Of a DNA stretch of 64,000 bases, positions 39,009-48,922 are shown piece by piece. The first letter of the stretch is position 1; every line of letters begins with the position of its first letter. The stretch is from an uncultured Rubrivirga sp. Lineage in GTDB: Bacteria > Actinomycetota > Actinomycetes > S36-B12. The stretch is taken from contig CAYLOH010000002.1 in assembly GCA_964385255.1 (NCBI GenBank), forward strand, positions 22,965 to 86,964, written 5' to 3'. The notes beneath the pieces were generated by a model. The model did not search any database. It had not been told where the DNA came from and worked only from the letters and a program-made list of their open reading frames with translations. The translations under genes were made by a program, and so were the position numbers.

Positions 39009-39587
39009 GTGAAGCCCACAGCAGTAGCCCTCCTCGTCATCTCCAGCCTCATCGGCATCTCGGCGTGCTCGAGCGGTGCCCAGCAGACGGTGGCTCCGAC
39101 CCCAGCCTCGGCCAGCGCAACGTTTGCACTCACCGATTGCGGGGTCTCGGGAGCCCCCCAGCAGGTGGATGCGGCCGACGGAGTGGCTATCACGCCCGAC
39201 GTCAGCGTGCTCGATGCGGATGTACCTCTCGTCTACGTGCGCGAGGGCTCTGCCCCAACGCGCGAACTCGTGAGCGCGGAGTTGCGGCCAGGTTCAGGGG
39301 ACACCGTGGCCTTGGACGACCTCATCACGGTTGAGTACTGCGGAGTGGGTTTGGGGACCGGCACCCTGTTCGACTCCTCGTGGGCACGGGGAGCACCCGC
39401 GACCTTTCCGCTCTCGCAAGGAGCTCTCATTCAAGGGTGGGTCGACGGCATTCCCGGCATGCAAGTGGGGGAGCGTCGAGTCCTGGTGATCCCCAGCGAA
39501 CTTGCCTACGGTGACAACCCACCCCCAGGAATCGAACCCGGCGAGACCCTGGTCTTCGTCGTCGAACTCCTGGCAATCGGCCAGTAG
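39009..39587 (+). CDS. FKBP-type peptidyl-prolyl cis-trans isomerase, lipoprotein
   Basis: Signal peptide plus lipobox (LIGISAC). The FKBP core is FDSSW...GWVDGIPGMQVGERR...YG. Confidence 0.88.
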   Translation: MKPTAVALLVISSLIGISACSSGAQQTVAPTPASASATFALTDCGVSGAPQQVDAADGVAITPDVSVLDADVPLVYVREGSAPTRELVSAELRPGSGDTVALDDLITVEYCGVGLGTGTLFDSSWARGAPATFPLSQGALIQGWVDGIPGMQVGERRVLVIPSELAYGDNPPPGIEPGETLVFVVELLAIGQ

Positions 39588-39618
39588 CACGGCATCGAAT
39601 ACGACAAACGGAGTGAGC

Positions 39619-39978
39619 ATGGACAAGCCCGAAATCGACTTCATCGAGGGACCAGCACCGACCGAACTCGTCATCACCGACTTGATCGTGGGCACGGGAG
39701 ACGAAGCGCAGGCGGGCGAGACCGTCGATGTCCACTATGTCGGGGTGGAATTCGACTCAGGTGAGCAGTTCGACTCATCGTGGGATCGTGGTGAGTCGAT
39801 CACCTTTCCCTTGGCGGGCCTGATCGCCGGTTGGCAGGAGGGGATCCCCGGGATGAAGGTGGGCGGCCGACGTCAACTGGTGATTCCACCGGAGTTGGCG
39901 TACGGACCGGCTGGTGGTGGTCATCGCCTCTCGGGTAAGACCCTCGTCTTCGTCATCGACCTGCTCGCTGTCAAGTAG
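39619..39978 (+). CDS. FKBP-type peptidyl-prolyl cis-trans isomerase, cytoplasmic
   Basis: 119 aa with the FKBP core (VHYVGVEF, FDSSWDRG, GWQEGIPGMKVGGRR). The start is trimmed to MDKPEI. Confidence 0.9.
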   Translation: MDKPEIDFIEGPAPTELVITDLIVGTGDEAQAGETVDVHYVGVEFDSGEQFDSSWDRGESITFPLAGLIAGWQEGIPGMKVGGRRQLVIPPELAYGPAGGGHRLSGKTLVFVIDLLAVK

Positions 39979-40015
39979 TCGCCGCGCACTGACCCACATC
40001 CACGAGCGAGCAGAC

Positions 40016-40954
40016 ATGTCGAGCAGTTCGGTCTCGCGTACGGAGCGGCTACTGAACCTCGTCATCGCGCTGTTGTCCACCCGGGCGCCGTTATCCCGCG
40101 CGAGTATCCAGGCGAAGGTTGCCGGCTACGACTCCGACGCGACCGTGTCCGCCTTCGAGAGGATGTTCGAGCGCGACAAGGAAGAGTTGCGTGCGATGGG
40201 TGTGCCGATCCGGACCATCACAGATGCACACGGCGAAGTGCGGGGTTACGTAGTCGACGCGGATGAGTACGCAACCCAAGACTTGAACCTGACGGCAGAT
40301 GAGATCGCGGTTCTCAACCTCGCCGCTCAACTGTGGGATGACGCAGTACTGCAATCTGCTGCACGCACCGCGGTACGCAAACTGGAGTCTTTGACCGACG
40401 ACGAGACCTCCGGTCATGCGCCATCATTCGGTGTTCTCACGGCTCGGGATGCGGCCCTTCTTCCGCTCCTGCGAGCGGTGCGCGATCGCCGGGTCGTCCG
40501 ATTCGACTATCGAAAGCCCAATGAGGCGGAAATCGACAAGCGCACGGTGGAACCGTGGGCCGTTCACTCCAAGGATGGCCGCTGGTACCTGGTGGGTTGG
40601 GATACCGACCGTGGTGAGCAGCGTGTCTTTCGCATTTCGCGAATCTCCGGATCGGTCCAGGTCACTGCCACGGAAGCCACCATCCGTGAGTTGAGCGAGG
40701 TAGGGGACTGGCAGGCCGAGATGGACGACGACGTGACTGCGCACATCCGCATTCCCGGTGGGGTGGGCGCCGAACTCAGGCGCTTACCCCATGCCATATC
40801 CGCAGACGGCACGTCCTTCACCATCACCGAGGGCAGGCAGCGACTGCTCACCTTGCTCTGGCGGGCCGATCCGTCGATAGCGATCATCTCGCCCCAGGAT
40901 CTGGTGGACGAGTATCGCGATGGGCTCGAGCGCATCGAACGGGCGCATCAATGA
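40016..40954 (+). CDS. pafB: WYL-domain transcriptional regulator PafB
   Basis: N-terminal wHTH (RTERLLNLVIALLSTRAPLSRASI) and a WYL core (DGRWYLVGWD). It is paired with pafC. Confidence 0.88.
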   Translation: MSSSSVSRTERLLNLVIALLSTRAPLSRASIQAKVAGYDSDATVSAFERMFERDKEELRAMGVPIRTITDAHGEVRGYVVDADEYATQDLNLTADEIAVLNLAAQLWDDAVLQSAARTAVRKLESLTDDETSGHAPSFGVLTARDAALLPLLRAVRDRRVVRFDYRKPNEAEIDKRTVEPWAVHSKDGRWYLVGWDTDRGEQRVFRISRISGSVQVTATEATIRELSEVGDWQAEMDDDVTAHIRIPGGVGAELRRLPHAISADGTSFTITEGRQRLLTLLWRADPSIAIISPQDLVDEYRDGLERIERAHQ

Positions 40955-41883
40955 ACGAGACCGCGCCCGAACGCCTCGCGCGCCTTCTTGCACTCGTACC
41001 GTGGCTGCGTGCCAACGACGGCATCACCATCAATGAAGCGGCCAAGCACTTCGGAGTAGACCCTGAGCAACTCACCACCGACCTGTGGCAACTCATAGTC
41101 TGCGGAATCCCCGGTTACGGTCCCGATCAGCTCGTGGACATCCAGTTCTGGGATGACGATGGAATCCATGTCATCGATGCCATCAGCCTGGACCGACCGC
41201 TCCGGCTCACCGGCGAAGAGGTCGCCGCACTGCATGTGGCCTTGCGAGTGTTGGCTCAAGTCCCTGGCAGTCATGATCGCCATGCGTTGCTGTCCGCCAT
41301 GGCCAAACTCGAGGAAGCAGGTGCACCACCGCTGCCGATGAGCGTCGACATGAGCGTCGATATCGCCGTACGCGACACGATTGACCTCGCCGTGACGCAC
41401 GAGCAGTGGCTTTTCGTCGAGTACGCGTCTGCTGCATCGGATGAAATCACCGGCAGACGAATTCGCCCCCTGACAAGTTACGCCGTCGATGGACGGGTCT
41501 ACCTGCAAGCGTGGTGCGAGGTAGCAGCGGACATCCGCACATTCCGCCTCGACCGGATCCTGAGCGCCAAGGTGACGCAGGCGCCCGCGGATGTCCCGGT
41601 GACCGAGACCACCAACGTTGCGTCTACGACGCCTCAGCACACCCAGGTCGCTCGCATCGCCATCGACCCGCAGGCTGCCTGGATCATGGACACCGAGGAT
41701 GTGGAACCCGTCATCCTCACCGGTTCGCCAACCGACCACCCGCAGGCCCTGGTCCGCTTCGCCGCACTGGACTGGCTGATCCGCTGGGTGCTCGGCCACG
41801 GGGGGCGCGTCGAGGTCCTGGAACCGGATTTCGCTCGGGCAGCCGTCCACGAAGCGGCATGGCGGCGCATCGCCGCCATCTGA
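40951..41883 (+). CDS. pafC: WYL-domain transcriptional regulator PafC
   Basis: The start overlaps the pafB stop (ATGA). It has a wHTH ([13 protein letters not shown]) and a WYL-like segment ([10 protein letters not shown]). Confidence 0.88.
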   Translation: MNETAPERLARLLALVPWLRANDGITINEAAKHFGVDPEQLTTDLWQLIVCGIPGYGPDQLVDIQFWDDDGIHVIDAISLDRPLRLTGEEVAALHVALRVLAQVPGSHDRHALLSAMAKLEEAGAPPLPMSVDMSVDIAVRDTIDLAVTHEQWLFVEYASAASDEITGRRIRPLTSYAVDGRVYLQAWCEVAADIRTFRLDRILSAKVTQAPADVPVTETTNVASTTPQHTQVARIAIDPQAAWIMDTEDVEPVILTGSPTDHPQALVRFAALDWLIRWVLGHGGRVEVLEPDFARAAVHEAAWRRIAAI

Positions 41884-41984
41884 GCGGCCTGAGCGGCCCC
41901 ATCACCCCACCGGGGTTAGACTCCCCAAGGAAGGCCGAGGGTCCCGAGAGCCCGTCAGCCCACAGGATCGAAGGAGCGTGCACC

Positions 41985-42269
41985 ATGCCCAACCTGCGCT
42001 GGCAGGAGCTGCTCATCATTGTGGCCCTCGTGGTGCTGCTGTTCGGAGCCAAGCGGCTTCCCGACGCGGCTCGGGGTCTTGGGCGCTCACTTCGCATCTT
42101 CAAGGCCGAGACGAAGGGCATGCACGACGACGACGCGGCTGGTAGCGCAACCGACGCCAAGGCATCCCAGGTCACTGGATCGGACGTTGAGGCGCTCGAG
42201 TCGGGCACGAAGGCCTCCGACACCCCTGCGAAGGCCGCCGAGACCTCGCCGGAACGTAACGACCCGTAA
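41985..42269 (+). CDS. tatA: twin-arginine translocase subunit TatA
   Basis: [22 protein letters not shown], a TM helix plus amphipathic helix. AAGGAG Shine-Dalgarno. The track ORF is trimmed. Confidence 0.93.
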   Translation: MPNLRWQELLIIVALVVLLFGAKRLPDAARGLGRSLRIFKAETKGMHDDDAAGSATDAKASQVTGSDVEALESGTKASDTPAKAAETSPERNDP

Positions 42270-42316
42270 ACCCGCCCGTGGCCGTTCGCGAACGCGGGAG
42301 CAATCCTCAGGCGTCG

Positions 42317-43174
42317 ATGCCGCTCGCAGACCATCTGCGTGAACTGCGCTCACGCCTCGTCAAGTCGGGCATCGCCATCGTTATCGGCATGGTTGTCGGC
42401 TGGATCCTCTACCCGACGACGTTCGCGCTGCTCAGTGAGCCCTTCGAAGGAGCCGTCGCCCAAGCCCAGGCCGAAGGTCGTGACGTCACCCTTGCGCTGA
42501 CTGGGGTTACCGACCCGTTCGTCCTGCAGTTGCAGGTGGCAGCGATCACCGGCGTTGTGATCTCCGCACCCGTCTGGCTTTACCAGTTGTGGCGCTTCGT
42601 GACCCCGGGCCTGCACAAGCACGAGAAGCGCTGGGGCATCGCATTCGTTGCCGTTGCCACACCACTCTTCGCGGCGGGAACCGCGCTCGCATACTTTGTG
42701 CTGCCCATCGGACTCGAGGTCTTGTTGGGTTTCACCCCCGACAACGTGGAGAACATCGTCTCGGTCGATCGCTATCTTTCCTTCTTCATCCGCACGGTCA
42801 TCGTGTTCGGCGTTGGATTCCTAACACCGCTTTTGATCGTGACGCTGAACTTCGCCGGTGTGCTGACCGGCAAGCGCCTGGTCTCCTGGTGGCGCTGGAT
42901 CATTTTCACGGTCTTCATCTTCGCGGCGGTCGCAACGCCCACCGGTGATCCGATCAACCTCGCGCTGCTGGCCGGACCGGTCTTGCTCTTGGTCATGATT
43001 GCGATCGGCATCTCGTTGCTGAATGACAAGCGCCGAGCCCGCAAGGGACTTCTGGAGCCCGATTACGACAACTGGGATGACGATGAAGCGTCGCCTTTGG
43101 ACACCAGCCCCTCGGACATTGCAGCCAGCGACCTCACGACGGAAGATCTACCCCGTCCGGACGATCGCCGGTGA
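42317..43174 (+). CDS. tatC: twin-arginine translocase subunit TatC
   Basis: MPLADHLRELRSRL N-terminus and six TM helices. An alternative upstream start is 42278. Confidence 0.92.
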   Translation: MPLADHLRELRSRLVKSGIAIVIGMVVGWILYPTTFALLSEPFEGAVAQAQAEGRDVTLALTGVTDPFVLQLQVAAITGVVISAPVWLYQLWRFVTPGLHKHEKRWGIAFVAVATPLFAAGTALAYFVLPIGLEVLLGFTPDNVENIVSVDRYLSFFIRTVIVFGVGFLTPLLIVTLNFAGVLTGKRLVSWWRWIIFTVFIFAAVATPTGDPINLALLAGPVLLLVMIAIGISLLNDKRRARKGLLEPDYDNWDDDEASPLDTSPSDIAASDLTTEDLPRPDDRR

Positions 43175-44091
43175 TCCACGTCATCGCAAACCCGCTTGCC
43201 GGCGGGGGTAAGGCCGTCGCAGCTGCGAGCGCCCTAGCGCGGGCTCTCGCCGACGCCGGCATCTCCTGTCACGTGCACGTGCCGGGAACACGCGAGGACA
43301 CCATTAATGCTGCAAGGACACATGCTGCGCGCGGAATCGTGGTGGCCTGCGGGGGTGATGGGACGGTCCACGACTGCCTTCAAGGAGTGATGACCTCCGA
43401 TACGACAGACAAACACATGGCGATCTGGCCGGTGGGGACGGGCAACGACATCGTTCGTGGACTCGGACTCGACACGTGGGGACGGGATGAGCTCCACGGA
43501 GCGTTCATCGATGCAGTACTGGATCAGAGCACTTCGCCGACGGACGTCGGCGCGATCCACATCATCGATCCAGCCACCGATCTACCGACTACTAGCTACT
43601 TTCTGGGTGTACTGTCATGCGGCTTTGATTCCGACGTGAATGAACGAGCGAACGCGATGCCCGCCAAGGTGGGGCGTGCACGCTACCTGCTCGGCCTTGC
43701 ACGAGAGCTGCCGATTGTGCGGCCACGCTGGTACGCCATCGACAGCGATGGCGAGGACAGGAGCATGGCAGCGATGGTGGTGGCGGTCGGTAATGGGCCG
43801 GCCTACGGCTCCGGCATGATGATTTGCCCCGACGCGAACATGTCCGATGGGCAGTTCGATATCACGCTGGTGACGAACACACCCAAGCACACCTTCGTGT
43901 CGGTATTGCCCAAGGTTTACTCCGGAAAGCATGTGGAACACCCGTCCGTCGTCTCCTGGCGGGCTCAGCGTCTGCGGATCGACGCCCCGGATTCGCTCGT
44001 CTTCGCCGACGGCGAACGGATCGGACCGCTGCCGGCAACCATCGAGGTCTTGCCATCTGCGCTGCAGGTCCTGACCTGGCAACGCACTTAG
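43171..44091 (+). CDS. diacylglycerol kinase family lipid kinase
   Basis: NPLAGGGK and GGDGTV motifs. The GTG start overlaps the tatC stop. Confidence 0.85.
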   Translation: MIHVIANPLAGGGKAVAAASALARALADAGISCHVHVPGTREDTINAARTHAARGIVVACGGDGTVHDCLQGVMTSDTTDKHMAIWPVGTGNDIVRGLGLDTWGRDELHGAFIDAVLDQSTSPTDVGAIHIIDPATDLPTTSYFLGVLSCGFDSDVNERANAMPAKVGRARYLLGLARELPIVRPRWYAIDSDGEDRSMAAMVVAVGNGPAYGSGMMICPDANMSDGQFDITLVTNTPKHTFVSVLPKVYSGKHVEHPSVVSWRAQRLRIDAPDSLVFADGERIGPLPATIEVLPSALQVLTWQRT

Positions 44092-44100
44092 TCTTAGAAC

Positions 44101-46812
44101 GTGTCCCCTTCGCCCGCGGAGCGTTACGCCCGCTCCCGTGAGCGTGCACAGCAGCCGGCACTAGCCCAATTTGTCAAGGACTACCCCTTCGAACTCGATG
44201 CCTTCCAAATTCAGGCGTGCACCTCGCTAGAACGGGGTTCGGGGGTACTCGTAGCTGCGCCGACCGGATCGGGCAAGACCGTGGTGGGGGAGTTCGCGGT
44301 GCATCTGGCACTGCGTGAGGGGGTGAAGTGTTTCTACACCACCCCCATCAAGGCACTCTCCAATCAGAAGTTCGCCGAACTCACGGAGCGCTACGGCGCG
44401 GACAAGGTAGGTCTGCTCACCGGCGACAACTCGATCAATGGCGAGGCGCCGATCGTTGTGATGACCACCGAGGTCCTGCGCAACATGCTGTACGCAGGTT
44501 CGAGCACCGTCGAGTCACTTGGCTACGTGGTGATGGACGAGGTCCACTATCTCGCCGACCGATTTCGCGGTGCGGTGTGGGAGGAGGTGATCATCCACCT
44601 GCCCGCGTCGGTAACCGTCATCGCCTTGAGCGCCACCGTGTCCAACGCCGAGGAGTTCGGCGCGTGGCTGTCCACGGTGCGCGGTAAGACCGAGATCATC
44701 GTCGAGGAGCATCGGCCGGTGCCGTTGTGGCAGCATGTGATGGCCGGACATCACCTATACGACCTCTTCGTCGACGATCACACCGTCAACGCTGAGTTGC
44801 TTGCCTTGGCGCGGCGCAGTCACCACCGGGGCCCATCGGGCAGGGCTCGACAGAATGGAAGACGGGGACGAGGTCGACGGCGCGATTCGCTCACTCCGTG
44901 GCGCAGCGAGGTGGTGGAGAAGCTCGAGTCCGAGCAACTGCTGCCGTGCATCTACTTCCTGTTCTCCCGTGCGGGGTGCGACGACGCGGTCGAGCAGTGC
45001 CTGCGAGCGGGCCTGCGGCTCACCTCGGGCAGTGAACGCGAAACGATTCGTTCGGTCGTGGCCGCCGGAACCATGGCAATCGCCGACGAGGACCTCGCCG
45101 CACTTGGCTACGTGGACTGGGCCGAAGCCCTCGAACGCGGTATCGCCGCTCACCATGCCGGGATGCTGCCCGCCTTCAAGGAGATCGTCGAAGACCTTTT
45201 CCAGCGCGGACTGATCAAGGTGGTCTTTGCGACCGAGACCTTGGCCTTGGGGATAAACATGCCCGCGCGATCTGTCGTTCTCGAGAGGCTCGTGAAGTGG
45301 AATGGCGAGGCACACGTGGACCTCACGGCCGGCGAGTACACCCAACTCACCGGCCGAGCCGGGCGACGCGGCATCGACATCGAGGGTCACGCAGTAGTCG
45401 TGTACTCGGACGAACTCGACCCCGAGGTTCTCGCCGGCCTCGCCTCCACACGGACCTATCCGCTGCGCTCATCTTTCCAAGCCAGCTACAACATGGCCAT
45501 CAACTTGGTCGGGCAGATGGGCCGGGCTCGCGCGCGTGAGGTTCTCGAGACCAGTTTCGCCCAGTTCCAGGCCGACCAGTCCGTGGTGGGACTGAGCACC
45601 GAGGTCAAGAAGCTCAGAGAGGCCCAAACCGGCTATGCCACATCGATGACGTGTCATCTCGGCGACTTCGTCGAGTACGCCGCGTTGCGCGAGGAGATCA
45701 CGCAGACGGAGAAGAATGCCGGTCGCATCGCCTCCGCGCAACGCAAGTCCAGCGCCGAAGAGTGCTTGGCCAAGATGCGGCCAGGAGATGTCTTCGTGAT
45801 CCCGCGAGGCAAACGTTCAGGTCCCGCGGTGGTGATCACATCCGCCGATCGGCCGCACGATCCGCGCCCCCAGGTGCTCACCCACGAGCGTCAGGTGAGG
45901 CGGGTGTCCACGGTGGATGTCCCTACCGCGGTTCCCACGCTCGGGCGCATCAAGGTGCCCAAGAACTTCTCTGCCAAGGACGCGTCGATGCGTCGCGACC
46001 TGGCACGCAAAGCGGTCAGCGTCGCCGAGGATGCCGAGCACCGTGAACCAACCTCCCGTAGCACCAACAGCGATGAAGTCAGTGAATTGCGCGCTCGCCT
46101 GCGCGTGCACCCGTGCCACGGCTGTCAGGACCGCGAAGCACACGCGCGCTGGGCTGAGCGCTTCTTCCGCGCGCAACGTCAGATCAGCGATCTTGAACGC
46201 CGCATCGCCACTCGCACACACAGCATCGCCCGACAGTTCGACCGCGTGTGCGAGACCCTCGTCGATCTCGGTTACCTTCATGGAAAGGGTGATGACCTTC
46301 AGATCACCGAATCTGGCCGCATGCTCGGTGGCCTGTATTCGGAGTCTGACTTGCTTATCGCACAGTGCCTCAAAGCGGGGAAATGGAACGATCTGCAGCC
46401 GCACGAACTTGCCGCCGTCGTCGCCTGTGTGGTGTACCAATCACGACGCAGCGAGGGTGATGTCCGTCCGGCGGTTCCCGGAGGGCCCATCGAGACGGCG
46501 GTGGACGAACTCTTTCGGACCTGGGCCAGGCTCAGCGACGTCGAGCGCGCCCACAAACTGAATCCGGGGCCCGAACCGGACGCTGGATTGGCGTGGGCCA
46601 TCTACCGCTGGGCGAAGGGTGCGTCTTTGCTGACGATTCTGACCAGCAACGACGTCAGTGCCGGTGACTTCGTTCGCTGGACGCGCCAGGTGATCGACGT
46701 CCTCGGCCAAATCCAGCAGGCCGCGATTGATCCGCACCTGAAGGACGTCGCCGATCGTGCTGCTGCAGCGATCGATCGAGGCGTGGTGGGTTACGCCCCC
46801 GTGCTGGAGTGA
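44101..46812 (+). CDS. helY: Ski2-like DEAD/DEAH-box RNA helicase HelY
   Basis: 903 aa with APTGSGKT, MDEVHY, SATV and HHAGMLP motifs, plus a DSHCT-like C-terminus. Confidence 0.92.
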   Translation: MSPSPAERYARSRERAQQPALAQFVKDYPFELDAFQIQACTSLERGSGVLVAAPTGSGKTVVGEFAVHLALREGVKCFYTTPIKALSNQKFAELTERYGADKVGLLTGDNSINGEAPIVVMTTEVLRNMLYAGSSTVESLGYVVMDEVHYLADRFRGAVWEEVIIHLPASVTVIALSATVSNAEEFGAWLSTVRGKTEIIVEEHRPVPLWQHVMAGHHLYDLFVDDHTVNAELLALARRSHHRGPSGRARQNGRRGRGRRRDSLTPWRSEVVEKLESEQLLPCIYFLFSRAGCDDAVEQCLRAGLRLTSGSERETIRSVVAAGTMAIADEDLAALGYVDWAEALERGIAAHHAGMLPAFKEIVEDLFQRGLIKVVFATETLALGINMPARSVVLERLVKWNGEAHVDLTAGEYTQLTGRAGRRGIDIEGHAVVVYSDELDPEVLAGLASTRTYPLRSSFQASYNMAINLVGQMGRARAREVLETSFAQFQADQSVVGLSTEVKKLREAQTGYATSMTCHLGDFVEYAALREEITQTEKNAGRIASAQRKSSAEECLAKMRPGDVFVIPRGKRSGPAVVITSADRPHDPRPQVLTHERQVRRVSTVDVPTAVPTLGRIKVPKNFSAKDASMRRDLARKAVSVAEDAEHREPTSRSTNSDEVSELRARLRVHPCHGCQDREAHARWAERFFRAQRQISDLERRIATRTHSIARQFDRVCETLVDLGYLHGKGDDLQITESGRMLGGLYSESDLLIAQCLKAGKWNDLQPHELAAVVACVVYQSRRSEGDVRPAVPGGPIETAVDELFRTWARLSDVERAHKLNPGPEPDAGLAWAIYRWAKGASLLTILTSNDVSAGDFVRWTRQVIDVLGQIQQAAIDPHLKDVADRAAAAIDRGVVGYAPVLE

Positions 46813-47798
46813 CCGTTCCCAATGCCAACCATTGCTGATTCGGCGAATCTGCGCACGCCCCATTCATCGACGACGGACCTCCATGCATTCGGTTCACGGG
46901 GAGATGCGGGGATGCCTCGACGCAGGAGGTTCTTCGCCTGCGGGATCGGCACGTCTGTGCGGATGGCACTGACCATCTTGGCGGTCACAAGGTAATCGGC
47001 GTGGTCGGTGATCAGACCCGCGAGGCGTGGGGTGAGCGGTTTGACCAGTGGATCGCACAGGCACGCGCGTTGAACTCCGGCGAGGTCGGTGAATTGCTGA
47101 ATGAGTCTGACTGCGGTCTTCTCGCCTACGCCGTGCACGCCGGGAAGCCCATCGGATGGATCGCCTCGGAGGGCGGCCACGTCGAGGTATTGAGCGGGGG
47201 AGACGCCGTAACGTTCCACGACCGCGTCATCGTCGAGCAGCGGCCATGCATCCATGCCTCCTTTGACTGTCATCAAGACGTTCGTTGAGGCGTTGACTAG
47301 CTGCACGAAATCGCGGTCCCCGGTGACAACGACCGTGGACATCTTCTCCTGCGTGGCCAGGTGGCTGAGAGTTCCGGCTACGTCGTCGGCCTCGAATCCC
47401 TCGACCCCGACGACCGGGATTCCCCAGGTGGAGAGAATCTGGTGGATGGCACCGATCTGTGGGCCGAGTTCATCGGGTTCCTCCTCGGCGTCAGCGGTCG
47501 GATCGGCGAGTCGGTGGGTCTTGTAGCTCGGGAGCAGTTCCACGCGCCAATCGGGCCGCCAGTCGGTGTCCCATGCGGCGATGAGAGTGGCCGGATCAAA
47601 GCGCTCACGAAGACGCTCGATGGTCTGCAGTAGCCCGCGGATTGCGTTATGCGGGAAGCCATCGGGGGCGGTCATGGACGAGGGGAGTGCGTAGTAGGAG
47701 CGGTAGTACAACGATGCCGTGTCCATGATCATCACGTCGGGCCTGGCGGGGATGGTGCCAACGGGAGCGTCCGTCACGGCGGCAGTCTGGCACGGCAT
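46791..47798 (-). CDS. 5'-3' exonuclease (Pol I N-terminal / FEN-like)
   Basis: MDTASLYYRSYYAL, GFEADD, and an H3TH segment (DGLPGVHGVGEKTA). An alternative start is near 47732. Confidence 0.88.
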   Translation of the reverse strand: MPCQTAAVTDAPVGTIPARPDVMIMDTASLYYRSYYALPSSMTAPDGFPHNAIRGLLQTIERLRERFDPATLIAAWDTDWRPDWRVELLPSYKTHRLADPTADAEEEPDELGPQIGAIHQILSTWGIPVVGVEGFEADDVAGTLSHLATQEKMSTVVVTGDRDFVQLVNASTNVLMTVKGGMDAWPLLDDDAVVERYGVSPAQYLDVAALRGDPSDGLPGVHGVGEKTAVRLIQQFTDLAGVQRACLCDPLVKPLTPRLAGLITDHADYLVTAKMVSAIRTDVPIPQAKNLLRRGIPASPREPNAWRSVVDEWGVRRFAESAMVGIGNGHSSTGA

Positions 47799-47809
47799 AC
47801 CTTTGGTCT

Positions 47810-48922
47810 GTGGACATCATTCGTGGACTGCAACAGGCGATGCCCGAGCAGAGCGTGGCGGCAATGGTCATCACTCCCGGGGCCGATCTTCGCTACGTAG
47901 CCGGATACGACGCCAAGCCGCTCGAGCGGCTGACGGCGTTGGTGATCCCGATGGTGGGTGAGCCCTTCATGGTGGTGCCGGAGTTGGAAGGCAAGGAGGC
48001 TCACGGGAGCGCCTTCGGGGCCGCGGGGGGGTCGGTTATCACCTGGGCGGAGACCGAGGATGCGTTTGCGATCGTTGCCTCCAGGATTGCGGGGCTGCCG
48101 GCGGGTGCGGTGGCGGTGGATGACCACATGTGGGCCGAACGAGTACTTCGGCTGCGAGCTCTACTGCCCGATCGAGAGCAGGTGACCGCGGGTTCCTTGC
48201 TGCGCGGGCGTCGGATGGTGAAGACATCCGCGGAGATCGAGTTCCTCCAGGAGGCAGCCGACGCCATCGACGCCGTGCATGCGCAAGTGCCGTCGATTCT
48301 TCGCGCGGGGATGACCGAAGCCGAGGCAGGAGCCGTGATTGCCGACGCCATCCTGAAGGCCGGGCATGCGTCCGTGGACTTCGTGATCGTTGCCAGCGGT
48401 CCGAACGGTGCCAGTCCGCATCACTCGGTGTCCGATCGCGTCATGCAGGTCGGTGACCCGGTCGTCGTCGACATCGGTGGAACGATGCCGTCTGGATACT
48501 GCAGTGATTGCACCCGCACCTACGTCCTTGGTGAGCCAACTGCTGAGTATCAAGCTGCCTATGACGTCTTGCTTGCCGCCCAGCAGAAGGCGAGCGCATT
48601 CGTCGCGCCGGGGCGTAGTTGCGAATCCATCGACGCGTTGGCGCGCGATGTGATGGCGTCACTTTCGCTGGACGGCTCGCCACTCGCCGACTACTTCATC
48701 CACCGCATCGGCCATGGGATCGGGCTTGAAAGCCACGAAGAGCCGTACCTGGTTGAGGGAAATGCACTGACGCTTGCGCCCGGGATGACCTTCAGCGTCG
48801 AACCTGGGTTCTACGTGTCAGGCCGATTCGGTGCACGCATAGAGGACATCGTGGTGTGCACTGCCGATGGTGTGCGCGCATTGAACAACCGACCGCGCGA
48901 GTTGGTCAGGATTCCTGCGTGA
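47810..48922 (+). CDS. M24 family metallopeptidase (Xaa-Pro dipeptidase-like)
   Basis: Pita-bread fold metal ligands are present: VVDIGG, HRIGHGIGLESHE, EPGFY, RIED. GTG start. Confidence 0.9.
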   Translation: MDIIRGLQQAMPEQSVAAMVITPGADLRYVAGYDAKPLERLTALVIPMVGEPFMVVPELEGKEAHGSAFGAAGGSVITWAETEDAFAIVASRIAGLPAGAVAVDDHMWAERVLRLRALLPDREQVTAGSLLRGRRMVKTSAEIEFLQEAADAIDAVHAQVPSILRAGMTEAEAGAVIADAILKAGHASVDFVIVASGPNGASPHHSVSDRVMQVGDPVVVDIGGTMPSGYCSDCTRTYVLGEPTAEYQAAYDVLLAAQQKASAFVAPGRSCESIDALARDVMASLSLDGSPLADYFIHRIGHGIGLESHEEPYLVEGNALTLAPGMTFSVEPGFYVSGRFGARIEDIVVCTADGVRALNNRPRELVRIPA

